Virus record (IMG/VR): IMGVR_UViG_3300024581_000835
Coordinates: 3,622-67,621 of that record
From: a virus
Reading direction: 5' to 3' (one strand)
Length of the DNA stretch: 64,000 nucleotides
Under the pieces are notes generated by a model. That model searched no databases. It was not told the DNA's origin and saw nothing but the letters and a program-made list of their open reading frames with translations. How positions within the stretch are numbered: position 1 is the first letter of the stretch; each line of letters begins with the position of its first letter. Positions 10,941 through 20,079 of the stretch are shown here, piece after piece. Made by a program: the position numbers and the translations under genes.

Positions 10941-11550
10941 AATACAGCATACCTTTGTCTTTGAACACAGGTTGTACACTTAAATCGGGATAGTTTGCCC
11001 AACTCCATTTGGTGGTGTGTCTAAGATGACTGTTGGGTAATTTTTCTATACCCTGTTGTGCAGTTTCAGGCGTCATATAATAATGATATCCTATGCTGTC
11101 TATGGTTTGTTGTGCCCAAGGTTCATCACCATATCGGCCATCGTAAGTGAGTTTTTTGAGCGCAATATAGTCGTCTACATTCTCACACAGCACAGCACCA
11201 CCTCTGCCTAAGTTAAGAGGCTTCTTGAACTGAAAGCTCAAACACTGTAATGTGCCAGTTAAGTATCTGCCTTGCTCCCAATACACAGCAGAATCCACAA
11301 TGTTTGTATTGCCTATGGTGTAATATTCGTGCCATTGTTCGTCTGTGAATTGCCAGGCTCTACCTAATTTTTCCAGTGTAAATGGAATACTGAGATATGT
11401 GTGCTTGGGCACAGTCAACATCAAGTTTGAATTTTGCATGCGTAAACACAGCTCTACAGCGTGTGTACAACAGTCTGTGGCCACAGCATAAGGCGCACCC
11501 CACCATTCGGCCAGTGCTATTTCAAAATCATTTACAGCGGAAAAACTCAT
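10933..11550 (-). CDS. DegT/DnrJ/EryC1/StrS-family PLP aminotransferase (short form)
   Basis: DCCTHAVEL, IVDSA and LSFQFKKPLNLGRGGAV (PLP lysine region). Only 205 aa. Confidence 0.8.
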   Translation of the reverse strand: MSFSAVNDFEIALAEWWGAPYAVATDCCTHAVELCLRMQNSNLMLTVPKHTYLSIPFTLEKLGRAWQFTDEQWHEYYTIGNTNIVDSAVYWEQGRYLTGTLQCLSFQFKKPLNLGRGGAVLCENVDDYIALKKLTYDGRYGDEPWAQQTIDSIGYHYYMTPETAQQGIEKLPNSHLRHTTKWSWANYPDLSVQPVFKDKGMLYYV

Positions 11551-11568
11551 TGTGTGCGTGTCCTGTGT

Positions 11569-11597
11569 TATAAATAGTAGTAGATAAAGTATTTATA
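11569..11597. promoter_or_regulatory. Two opposed T4-type late promoter boxes (TATAAATA)
   Basis: TATAAATA on + at 11569-11576 and on - at 11590-11597, between divergent genes 11550(-) and 11625(+). Confidence 0.7.
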
Positions 11598-11624
11598 CAC
11601 ACATTATGACACAGAGGATACAAC

Positions 11625-12599
11625 GTGGCTGAAGCAACTTATAAACCCAGCAGACTGATATTGCGTGAATGGCTAGCAAACAAGCGTATGGATTGGTACA
11701 GTGGTGACAGCGAACAAAACTTCAAAGACAATTTCGACGAAATCCCCAAGTACTTTCAAACAGCAATCATTGACTACAAATGGAATTCAGATGGATATCG
11801 CACTCCCTATGAGTTTGATGAGTTAGAAGCAGGTAATTTTGCACTGTGCTTTGGCTGTTCGTACACAGAAGGCGTTGGTGTAGGACATGGCGACACTTGG
11901 CCTGCACAATTAGAAGAATTAATTGATATGCCTTGTGCAAACATGGGTATATCGGGCAGTGGCAGTGACACTATTTCAGCAAACACTAGGCTGTGGATGA
12001 ACAACAGATACCCTAAGCCTTATTTTGTGTTTGTGCAAATACCCGAAGTCAGCAGAGAACCCAGAGTATACATTGACCCAGAACGAGGGCCAGATCATTT
12101 TTCAGGCGGTGTTGTGATGAATCCCAGTTGGGATTTAGACAGTTTTCATTGGGACAGAGACAAAGTGAGAACCATGGCTAGTCGAAAAAATCTCATCAGC
12201 AGATATTGGGTCACATCAAATAATTTATCGTTGGTTAGTGCGGCTTGGAGAGCATGGGGTGTGCCTGTGTTGTTTTTCTCATATGATCAAGACGGAGACA
12301 TCATGATGCACAGTGACGATGTAATGAGAATTCAGTCAGAACTTATGCATCGTGCTGACGGCGAAGTTGATTTTGCCAGAGACTTAGCGCACAATGGCCG
12401 TGTCACTAATGCAAACATTGCATCTGCATTGGCTAAACGTTATGACGATGTTGAAGCATGGAGGAAAAACCCAGGTATGGAACCACAGCCATATACCAGC
12501 AATCCAAATTGGCGAGACTTCCCAAGAGGCTGGGAGGATCTGCATCACGATCTCGATATGAAAGAACTCAAAGGGCGTCGGCCTTTTATATACGAATAA
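11625..12599 (+). CDS. SGNH/GDSL-fold protein
   Basis: CFGCSYTEGVG, NMGISGSG and DLAHNG. GTG start after AGAGGA. Confidence 0.6.
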   Translation: MAEATYKPSRLILREWLANKRMDWYSGDSEQNFKDNFDEIPKYFQTAIIDYKWNSDGYRTPYEFDELEAGNFALCFGCSYTEGVGVGHGDTWPAQLEELIDMPCANMGISGSGSDTISANTRLWMNNRYPKPYFVFVQIPEVSREPRVYIDPERGPDHFSGGVVMNPSWDLDSFHWDRDKVRTMASRKNLISRYWVTSNNLSLVSAAWRAWGVPVLFFSYDQDGDIMMHSDDVMRIQSELMHRADGEVDFARDLAHNGRVTNANIASALAKRYDDVEAWRKNPGMEPQPYTSNPNWRDFPRGWEDLHHDLDMKELKGRRPFIYE

Positions 12600-12608
12600 G
12601 GAATAATT

Positions 12609-12782
12609 ATGAGCGACAAAGATTACAAAGACAAGCAACAGGAATTAACTGAATTAAATTCCGACGGCAACAAAGGACTCGGTGAGGACGGAGAAAGTTT
12701 GACACCAGAGGAACTAGAAGAGCAAAAGTTTAAAAAGAGACTAGAAGAATTACGCAAACGTGATCCTTTCATTTATAGGTAA
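12609..12782 (+). CDS. Small acidic hypothetical protein (57 aa, ends LRKRDPFIYR)
   Basis: Not in the ORF track. ATG at 12609 after AAGGA; fills the gap to the carbamoyltransferase. Confidence 0.7.
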   Translation: MSDKDYKDKQQELTELNSDGNKGLGEDGESLTPEELEEQKFKKRLEELRKRDPFIYR

Positions 12783-12785
12783 AAC

Positions 12786-14297
12786 ATGAGAATATTGGGT
12801 ATTAGTTCACAATTCCACGACGCTTCAATCAGTGTGGTAGAAGATGGTAACATAGTGTATGCTGGACATGCAGAGCGTTACAGCAAGATCAAAAATGATG
12901 CATTCCTAAACAAGCAAATGGTTGCTGAAGCATTGAGTTTTGGCAAGCCTGACTATATTGCACTCCATGAAAAGAGTTGGGCAAAGCGTCTGCGACACAT
13001 CTACGGTAGGAACTGGGGTGCAGTCACAGAACCTAACACAGAACAGTGGATCAACAAGTTTTATCCAGAGCTACAAGGAATACCAGTTAAAAGTTATTGG
13101 CATCACGAAACACATGCCGCGGCAGGTGTGCTAACAAGTAATTTTGACGAGTGTGCAGTGATGGTAATTGACGCTATTGGTGAATTTGACACAGCCACTA
13201 TATGGCATTGGAACAATGGCAAACTCAAAAAGAAAGATTCTGTGTGGTTCCCCAGCAGTGTGGGATTGTTCTATTCTGCTGTTACAGCACACGTTGGTCT
13301 CAAGCCGATGGAAGACGAATACATCTTGATGGGCATGGCGGCATATGGTAAGCCCAAGTATGTGTGGGAAATGAATCGGTTATTCAAAGGCATCGACACA
13401 CTTAAAACACGCAAGAACTTACAACGTGGATTGCCATCTAGCTTCTGTCACAGAAACAAGCACACAACATTTGATGAATATCATCATACTGAAATTGATT
13501 ATGATATTGCCGCAAGTGCACAGGCAGTGGTAGAGCAAAAAGTCATGCACTATGCACGAAAGGCAAAAAAATTAACAGGCTGTAACAACTTGGTTTTCAT
13601 GGGAGGTGTTGCACTAAACTGTGTGGCTAACAGCAATTTGTACACACTGTTTGACAAAATACACATCATGCCTAACCCAGGCGATGCTGGTAGCAGTTTA
13701 GGCGCCGCTGGATTGTTGTGGAATGAGAAAACTAATAGAAGATTAAATGAATTTACTCCATACTTGGGCACAGAAATCCCTGGAGACTATCCTGTGAACA
13801 AAGCACTTGCTAGTTTGGAGAAAGGTGAGATATTTGGTATTGCGAACGGACGGGCCGAATTTGGACCACGTGCACTTGGAAACAGAAGTTTAATAGCAGA
13901 TCCCCGAGGAGGTGAAATCAAAGACCGCATGAATGTGATCAAGCGTCGACAAAAATTTCGCCCGTTCGCTCCAATGATATTAGCACAACATGCAAATGAT
14001 TACTTTGACATGCCTGGTGGCAAGATGTCACCATACATGCAGTATGTTGCACGTTGCAAGGATCCTGAACAGTTTCCTGCTATTGTGCATGCCGACGGAA
14101 CATCACGTGTGCAAACAGTCACACAATATGATAACCCAGGCTTGCACAAACTGCTCACAGAGTTCTACAATAAAACAGGATGCCCTATGTTGGTTAACAC
14201 ATCGCTTAACATCAAAGGACAGCCTATTGTGAATGACGTAGCAGACGCAAAAGCATTTGCTAGACATTATGGTGTGAAGGTTCACACCAGTGACTGA
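12786..14297 (+). CDS. Carbamoyltransferase (NodU/CmcH/TobZ family)
   Basis: HDAS, HHETHAAAG, DAIGE, GGVALNCVAN, GRAEFGPRALGNRS, RPFAP and NTSLN motifs. Confidence 0.93.
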   Translation: MRILGISSQFHDASISVVEDGNIVYAGHAERYSKIKNDAFLNKQMVAEALSFGKPDYIALHEKSWAKRLRHIYGRNWGAVTEPNTEQWINKFYPELQGIPVKSYWHHETHAAAGVLTSNFDECAVMVIDAIGEFDTATIWHWNNGKLKKKDSVWFPSSVGLFYSAVTAHVGLKPMEDEYILMGMAAYGKPKYVWEMNRLFKGIDTLKTRKNLQRGLPSSFCHRNKHTTFDEYHHTEIDYDIAASAQAVVEQKVMHYARKAKKLTGCNNLVFMGGVALNCVANSNLYTLFDKIHIMPNPGDAGSSLGAAGLLWNEKTNRRLNEFTPYLGTEIPGDYPVNKALASLEKGEIFGIANGRAEFGPRALGNRSLIADPRGGEIKDRMNVIKRRQKFRPFAPMILAQHANDYFDMPGGKMSPYMQYVARCKDPEQFPAIVHADGTSRVQTVTQYDNPGLHKLLTEFYNKTGCPMLVNTSLNIKGQPIVNDVADAKAFARHYGVKVHTSD

Positions 14298-14562
14298 TGA
14301 GATTGATGTTGTTCAACGTGTGTTAGAAGGTCGTTGTTGGTTATGCAACATAGAACTACCGGAACACACTGTGGACTGCAAGCTCAATCCCAACAGAGAT
14401 GTACTAGATAAATTAACCAACATACAGGTTCACATAGATGCTAAATTGCAAACAGTGAAAAAAATGATAGACAGTAACAAGATCAACATAGACGAACTTT
14501 CAGAACTGTTAGAACAAATAAAGTTTGACACATACAAAACACTCAATGAGGATAAAGAATAA
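14290..14562 (+). CDS. Small Cys/His (putative Zn-binding) protein, paralog A
   Basis: DEIDVVQRVLEGRCWLCNIELPEHTVDC; paralog of 19270..19479. Confidence 0.65.
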   Translation: MTDEIDVVQRVLEGRCWLCNIELPEHTVDCKLNPNRDVLDKLTNIQVHIDAKLQTVKKMIDSNKINIDELSELLEQIKFDTYKTLNEDKE

Positions 14563-17500
14563 ATGTTTGACGTATTTTACATAGGGGAAAATGAAAACTT
14601 AAAAAGTCATTTGCCACTTGCTCGTAAAATCTCAGATGCCAACGAAGCAGTCAGTAACACTAAGATGTATTGGTTGGTTGAAGAAAATGTAGAAGTTACA
14701 GACTACACAGTGTTTGAATATCGCCCACCAGAGCATGATGCAAAGTACCAGCATGTGTGGAAATGGGCTGAGAAGAAATACGGTGGTATACATTTATATC
14801 CCAGTAGACGTCAACCCACAGGTGTAAAAGAAATAGATCGTGTGGTGTGCAAACGTAAGTTTGACATATTCTATGTAGGCGAAAATCCTCGTATGGCACA
14901 CAATGTGCCCAGTGCTGTACAAGTTAAAACACTCAGTGAATGTGCTGAACAAGCAGGCACAAACATGTACTGGGTAGTTGAACCTAACATAGACATTGTG
15001 GACTTTACTGTGTTTGACTTCCGCCCGGAGCAGTGGGATCAGATTTACACACACGAGTTCAAGTGGAACACTGCAAACTATGGAGGTATCAAATTGATAC
15101 CCCGTGTAAATGATTCAGGCGAAGTAAAACAAGTGAATCGTGTGGTGTGTAAAAAGCGTTTTGACATATTGCGTGATGTTAAGCCAGGACAATATTTCAA
15201 AAGCAATCCCCTTGCAACACACGTTTGGTGTGTTGATCCAGAGTACAAAATAGATCACAGCATTGATTGGGCACCCAGTAATTTTGAACCAGACTTCATA
15301 CACAGTTTTCATTTGCGTGGACAATTAGAACACAAGTATCCAGCAAAGGAAGGCGGTGTTAAACTGTTTCCTCGTAACTGGCGCGAAGCAGATGTCAAGT
15401 TCCACAAGTTCTTGGATGCCGCCGCACGTTATCCTGTGAAGCGTGTATTAGATGTAAATGATAATTCACAGCGTGATGAATACACAGACGAGTATGTGTG
15501 GCTCATAGACGAAGCATATCAGATCAATGAAGAAACACTGGACTGGGTTCCTAATCCTTTTGAACAGGACTTTATACATCAGTTCCGCATGCCGTATCAG
15601 TTACGTGACAAGTATCCAGGCAGAGAAGGTGGTATACGTTTGGTACCCCGTGACTACGAAAGTGCTATACAGCGCATACACAACGGCACAGTGGTGCATT
15701 TGGACTGCCCCATCACTGATGTACAATATGATGTGTTTTACATCAACGACGAATTAGACGAAGAACTCATACAAGAGTTTGCTGACAGATCAAAAACAGA
15801 TTGGTTTTGGTTAGTAGACAAGGACTACGACATCAATGGCGAATTACGTTTTGTTCCTCAACGTGGAGAAACAGATTATAACCATGTGTTCAATATTCCA
15901 GGTATGGTCGAGGACAAGTACAGTTCGGAACTTGCAAACTCAGCATTCGAACACGATCCTCTCACCATTGGTGGTATCTGGTTGCTGAACAAACAGTTTG
16001 ATCTAACCAAGTGGAAGTATCAAGAAGGTGTTATCCCAGTACGTTACGATATATTTTACACAGACAACATAGACGCAGATTTAGAACAGTATGCTAGAAA
16101 AAGCACAACCAAGATGTTTTGGTTAGTGGAAAGTGAAGTAAGTATCACAGACGATATCAACTGGTTACCTCCATTGGAGTATCAGCGCAGTATCAATGAG
16201 TTTGAATTTGGAGACACAGGCATACGCACTAGACTTGTGCCAGTTAAGTACGAACACGCACAAATCATACAGCATGACAAATTACGCAATCTGTTCGAAG
16301 CATCATATGAAATATTCTCTTCAGAAGAAGAAGGTAGAGCAAACTGTAAGAACGATTGGTTCTGGGTAGTAGACCCAGATGTAGATGTGGTTGATGATTT
16401 TGATTGGGACTTTCAGCCAGAGAAATGGGACGGCAGTTTCCTAAATGAAGGTAAAACTCATGTGTGGCAAAAGATAAATCCTAAAACCAGCAAACAATAT
16501 GATTATGGTGGTGTGATGTTGTGCCCTAAAAAGCCACAAGCAAAAGGCAGACCCAAGTATATCATGGAACCAGGCTGTGTGCAAAAAGAATATCCACTGT
16601 TTCACATATCGCCAGAACACGACACAATCATACAGTTGGAAAACTTTGATGCACAATGCGAAACAGGAATGTTTTGGGTAGTGGATGCATTCACAGTCAT
16701 AGATGAGGACTTTAACTTTGATTACTATCCAACACAGTGGGACGTTAACAAGATACATGTGTTTGCTGACGAGGACGGTATTTACAGAAATGTGAGACTG
16801 TACCCTAAAGGAACATTTGCACCAGGGCATTCATATAACCAAGCAGACGTTGCATACAATCGCTTTACGCCTGTGCAAGATGTCAAACGCATGAGTGCAA
16901 CAGCCAGTTTACGTCCAGGTTGGCCTGTGCTAGACTTCATTGATTTCACTGTAGACGAACTCACTACCACACTGAACACATATCACAAGCGTGGTATTCC
17001 TTATGTGTGGACTGTGGACCCTGACGTAGAAGTTAACCGTCAAACACTACACGAAAAGTTTAATCCTCAAAGTTTAGACGAAGAAGCAAAAAGTGTTATT
17101 CCAGACTTTGATGAAGCAAGTCCAGAAAAAGTGCATGTGTGGCAACGTGTTAATCACAAAGGCAAAGTTATTAACAACTCCGGTCTTAGACTGTGGCCCA
17201 CAGATTATGACGCCACACACTTAACAGACAAGAAACTGAGATTGAATGAGATCGATGATCAGGTTTATGTTGATAAGCCTGGTTGTTCACAGCCTGATTT
17301 CCATGTGTACTACCTCAAGCCAGAGGACAATGTGATTGAGCAATTAGAGAAGTTTGATCAACAAAGTTACACATCAATGTATTGGGTAGTTGATCCTTTC
17401 ACACGCATAGACGGCGACTGGGAGTTTGATTCCTTTGTGCCAACCAAGTACGACGAAGGTTATGTGCATGTGTTTAAAAGTGAAGACGGCGATTACAGAA

Positions 17501-18618
17501 ACATTAGATTGTATCCACGCAACACATTCAAGGGTGTACACGGATACACTGTGGACAAAATAACCAACAACAGTTTTGAAAACCTCAAGAAAGTAGACAT
17601 TGTTGCCAGTAGTGTGCCCACATACCCTGTTATTGATCTTGGTCCAATCAACAAAGATCAGTTCTTGGAGCAGATGTCAGAGATGGCTCTCACACACGGC
17701 TTTGTGTGGACCAAGGATGGAGATGTAGATGCACACGAAGATGTTATCACATCAGGCTTCCTGCCAGCAATGAGCAACGCACACAAAGTTCATGTGTGGC
17801 AACGTATGAATCCACACAGCAACAAGACACACAGTTATGGTGGACTACGTTTATGGCCAACCACAGGCGACTACTCAGAGCTTACCACAGATGAACTGTT
17901 CTTAAACAAGATTAGAAACTTACAGTATGTGCGTAAGCCAGGTTGTACTTACAAGCCATACGAAATAGTGTTCTTATCATACCACGAACCATACGCTGAG
18001 GACGCATATAAGCGTCTCTCGCGACGTTTTGATGTGCACTGGGTCAAAGACATAGAAGGTATCTTTACAGCGCACCAAGAGGCGGCTAAAAAGGTCTCAA
18101 GCAGTATGTTTTGGGTAGTTGATGCTGATGCAGACATTGACGAGGACTTTGATTTCTCATATATGCCTGATGTGTACGATCAGAATGTGGTACATGTGTG
18201 GAACAGTAAAAACCCAATCACAGGCATGGAATATGGTTACGGTGGTGTTAAACTGTTTAACACACAGCAAGTATTAGACGCAAACAGTTGGGGACTTGAC
18301 TTCACAACAGGACTTAGCTCACGCTTTAAAGCAATGCCTGAAGTTAGTTGTATCACACGCTTTAATACAGATGCATACAGCACATGGCGTAGTGCATTCA
18401 GAGAATGTGTTAAGCTCACAATGAACGGTGACGACGAAAGCAAAAAGAGATTGGAAGGATGGTTGCATCCTGTGCCAGATGCTGACTTCAGACACGAAGC
18501 AAAAGCAGGCGCCGAAGAAGGCGTTGCATACGCAAAACAGTTTGCTAACAAACCATTGAAAATTGCCAAGATAAATGATTACGAATGGTTACAGGAACAG
18601 TATGAGAATAGAGCTTGA
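14563..18618 (+). CDS. Giant protein of 12 tandem degenerate GT-A-like domains
   Basis: Twelve W-x-(V/I)-(D/E)...GG-x-x-L-x-P units. Only the last unit has a clear DxD (WVVDAD), followed by a helical tail (WRSAFRECVKL). Confidence 0.7.
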   Translation: MFDVFYIGENENLKSHLPLARKISDANEAVSNTKMYWLVEENVEVTDYTVFEYRPPEHDAKYQHVWKWAEKKYGGIHLYPSRRQPTGVKEIDRVVCKRKFDIFYVGENPRMAHNVPSAVQVKTLSECAEQAGTNMYWVVEPNIDIVDFTVFDFRPEQWDQIYTHEFKWNTANYGGIKLIPRVNDSGEVKQVNRVVCKKRFDILRDVKPGQYFKSNPLATHVWCVDPEYKIDHSIDWAPSNFEPDFIHSFHLRGQLEHKYPAKEGGVKLFPRNWREADVKFHKFLDAAARYPVKRVLDVNDNSQRDEYTDEYVWLIDEAYQINEETLDWVPNPFEQDFIHQFRMPYQLRDKYPGREGGIRLVPRDYESAIQRIHNGTVVHLDCPITDVQYDVFYINDELDEELIQEFADRSKTDWFWLVDKDYDINGELRFVPQRGETDYNHVFNIPGMVEDKYSSELANSAFEHDPLTIGGIWLLNKQFDLTKWKYQEGVIPVRYDIFYTDNIDADLEQYARKSTTKMFWLVESEVSITDDINWLPPLEYQRSINEFEFGDTGIRTRLVPVKYEHAQIIQHDKLRNLFEASYEIFSSEEEGRANCKNDWFWVVDPDVDVVDDFDWDFQPEKWDGSFLNEGKTHVWQKINPKTSKQYDYGGVMLCPKKPQAKGRPKYIMEPGCVQKEYPLFHISPEHDTIIQLENFDAQCETGMFWVVDAFTVIDEDFNFDYYPTQWDVNKIHVFADEDGIYRNVRLYPKGTFAPGHSYNQADVAYNRFTPVQDVKRMSATASLRPGWPVLDFIDFTVDELTTTLNTYHKRGIPYVWTVDPDVEVNRQTLHEKFNPQSLDEEAKSVIPDFDEASPEKVHVWQRVNHKGKVINNSGLRLWPTDYDATHLTDKKLRLNEIDDQVYVDKPGCSQPDFHVYYLKPEDNVIEQLEKFDQQSYTSMYWVVDPFTRIDGDWEFDSFVPTKYDEGYVHVFKSEDGDYRNIRLYPRNTFKGVHGYTVDKITNNSFENLKKVDIVASSVPTYPVIDLGPINKDQFLEQMSEMALTHGFVWTKDGDVDAHEDVITSGFLPAMSNAHKVHVWQRMNPHSNKTHSYGGLRLWPTTGDYSELTTDELFLNKIRNLQYVRKPGCTYKPYEIVFLSYHEPYAEDAYKRLSRRFDVHWVKDIEGIFTAHQEAAKKVSSSMFWVVDADADIDEDFDFSYMPDVYDQNVVHVWNSKNPITGMEYGYGGVKLFNTQQVLDANSWGLDFTTGLSSRFKAMPEVSCITRFNTDAYSTWRSAFRECVKLTMNGDDESKKRLEGWLHPVPDADFRHEAKAGAEEGVAYAKQFANKPLKIAKINDYEWLQEQYENRA

Positions 18619-19273
18619 CACTTGGGATGATGTACGCAAATGGAGTGACCAAATGGGCACGTTCCCGCCTACCTATGTTGAACAGATCAACAGCGGTTTG
18701 TTTCCCAAGGATGCTTTCTCACTAGGTCAAGTTGTAAGTAAAATATGGTTGATCAATGTGCTACAGGTGTTAGCAAATACCAAAAACCTCAGGCCAGATA
18801 CTGTGGCAGTATTAGGTTGTTGGATAGGCAGTTTAGTACCACTGTTACACAGAACTACTAAAATAAATCGCATATACGGCTTTGATGTAGATCCTGTGGC
18901 AATATCACAAAGCGAAATGTTTAATAGACTGCACCTAGAAGATGGTTGGAAATACAAAGGTGTGGTTGCAGATGTGTCTATGATGGATACACATCACATG
19001 GAGTTTCAAACAGGTGGCGAACTAATCACTGTTACCCCAGACTGGTTAGTGAACACCAGTTGTGAGCACATGGACACAAGTTGGTTTGACTCAGCAGGAT
19101 CAGATCAACTTATTATTATGCAAACAAACAATTCACCTGACTTTGCAGGGCACGTTAACATCTGCGAAGACATGCAACAAGTAGAGCAAAAATATCCACT
19201 CAGTGATGTACTGTATTCTGGAGAATTGGTGACTCCGGTGTACACACGTTTTATGCAGATTGGATATAAATGA
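18602..19273 (+). CDS. Class I SAM-dependent methyltransferase-like protein
   Basis: VAVLGCWIG (motif I), GFDVD, VNTSCEHM. Confidence 0.65.
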   Translation: MRIELDTWDDVRKWSDQMGTFPPTYVEQINSGLFPKDAFSLGQVVSKIWLINVLQVLANTKNLRPDTVAVLGCWIGSLVPLLHRTTKINRIYGFDVDPVAISQSEMFNRLHLEDGWKYKGVVADVSMMDTHHMEFQTGGELITVTPDWLVNTSCEHMDTSWFDSAGSDQLIIMQTNNSPDFAGHVNICEDMQQVEQKYPLSDVLYSGELVTPVYTRFMQIGYK

Positions 19274-19479
19274 TGGACGATATAGATGTTGTACAAAGCA
19301 AATTGGAAGGCAGATGCGAGATATGTGATGGCACATTACCAGTACACAAAATGGGTTGCCCTCGCTTGCATCGATACTACGGACAGTTTGGAATCAAATC
19401 AGCAGAAGATCTCAAAAGGTATCAAAGCATGAACACAATACATCGTCAATTAGATCTTTTTGAGGACTTCGAACAATGA
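19270..19479 (+). CDS. Small Cys/His protein, paralog B
   Basis: DDIDVVQSKLEGRCEICDGTLPVHKMGC. Confidence 0.65.
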   Translation: MMDDIDVVQSKLEGRCEICDGTLPVHKMGCPRLHRYYGQFGIKSAEDLKRYQSMNTIHRQLDLFEDFEQ

Positions 19480-19847
19480 TAGAATTTTGGATATTAACTG
19501 CCTTACTAGGCAAGCACATTGTGTTTGATTACTTTGTGCAAACAGGATATATGATCAAAGACAAAGCAAACTATGGTGCACTTGGAGGAGTACTGCACAG
19601 TAAACTACATGGAGTGGGCACATTTATAGCCCTAGCACCGTTTGTAAGCGTCTCTACAGCGTTTTTGTACGCAGTGCTGGATAGTGTAGTCCATTACCAC
19701 ATAGACTACGTTAAAAGCAATGTAATGCGTCAGAGACAGCCTAATCCTGCACAGCAGGAGTATTGGATACTGCATGGAATAGATCAATTGCTACACACAT
19801 TAACTTATGTGGCTATTGTTTTATTGTGTATCACATACCCATGGTAA
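19476..19847 (+). CDS. DUF3307-like membrane protein
   Basis: KHIVFDYFVQT, HSKLH, HYHID and DQLLH motifs in hydrophobic helices. Confidence 0.7.
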   Translation: MIEFWILTALLGKHIVFDYFVQTGYMIKDKANYGALGGVLHSKLHGVGTFIALAPFVSVSTAFLYAVLDSVVHYHIDYVKSNVMRQRQPNPAQQEYWILHGIDQLLHTLTYVAIVLLCITYPW

Positions 19848-20079
19848 CATAGAAATCAACGCCGTCTATTTTATTCTTAAAGTGCACAACAGTTGCGTCA
19901 ATAACAATATCGTATCTGTATGCGATATCTTTTCTATCTATACCTAATCGGTCTATGTTTCGGAGGATTGTTTGATTACGCCTTCTACGACTAAGTTGAT
20001 AATCGTCCCAATGAACTTGAACAGTGTATTCAAATGGATCTTGGGGCGAAGGCGTGGATAGTTTTCTAATCTTCATCAA
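19831..20079 (-). CDS. Hypothetical protein
   Basis: ORF tiles with its neighbours on the minus strand. Confidence 0.55.
   Translation of the reverse strand: MMKIRKLSTPSPQDPFEYTVQVHWDDYQLSRRRRNQTILRNIDRLGIDRKDIAYRYDIVIDATVVHFKNKIDGVDFYVTMGM

Noticed and set aside
3161-14297. Saxitoxin or aminoglycoside antibiotic gene cluster
   Set aside because: The enzyme families overlap (amidinotransferase, carbamoyltransferase, aminotransferase), but there is no SxtA-like PKS, no cyclitol synthase and no resistance or export gene. The context is viral and GT-rich.
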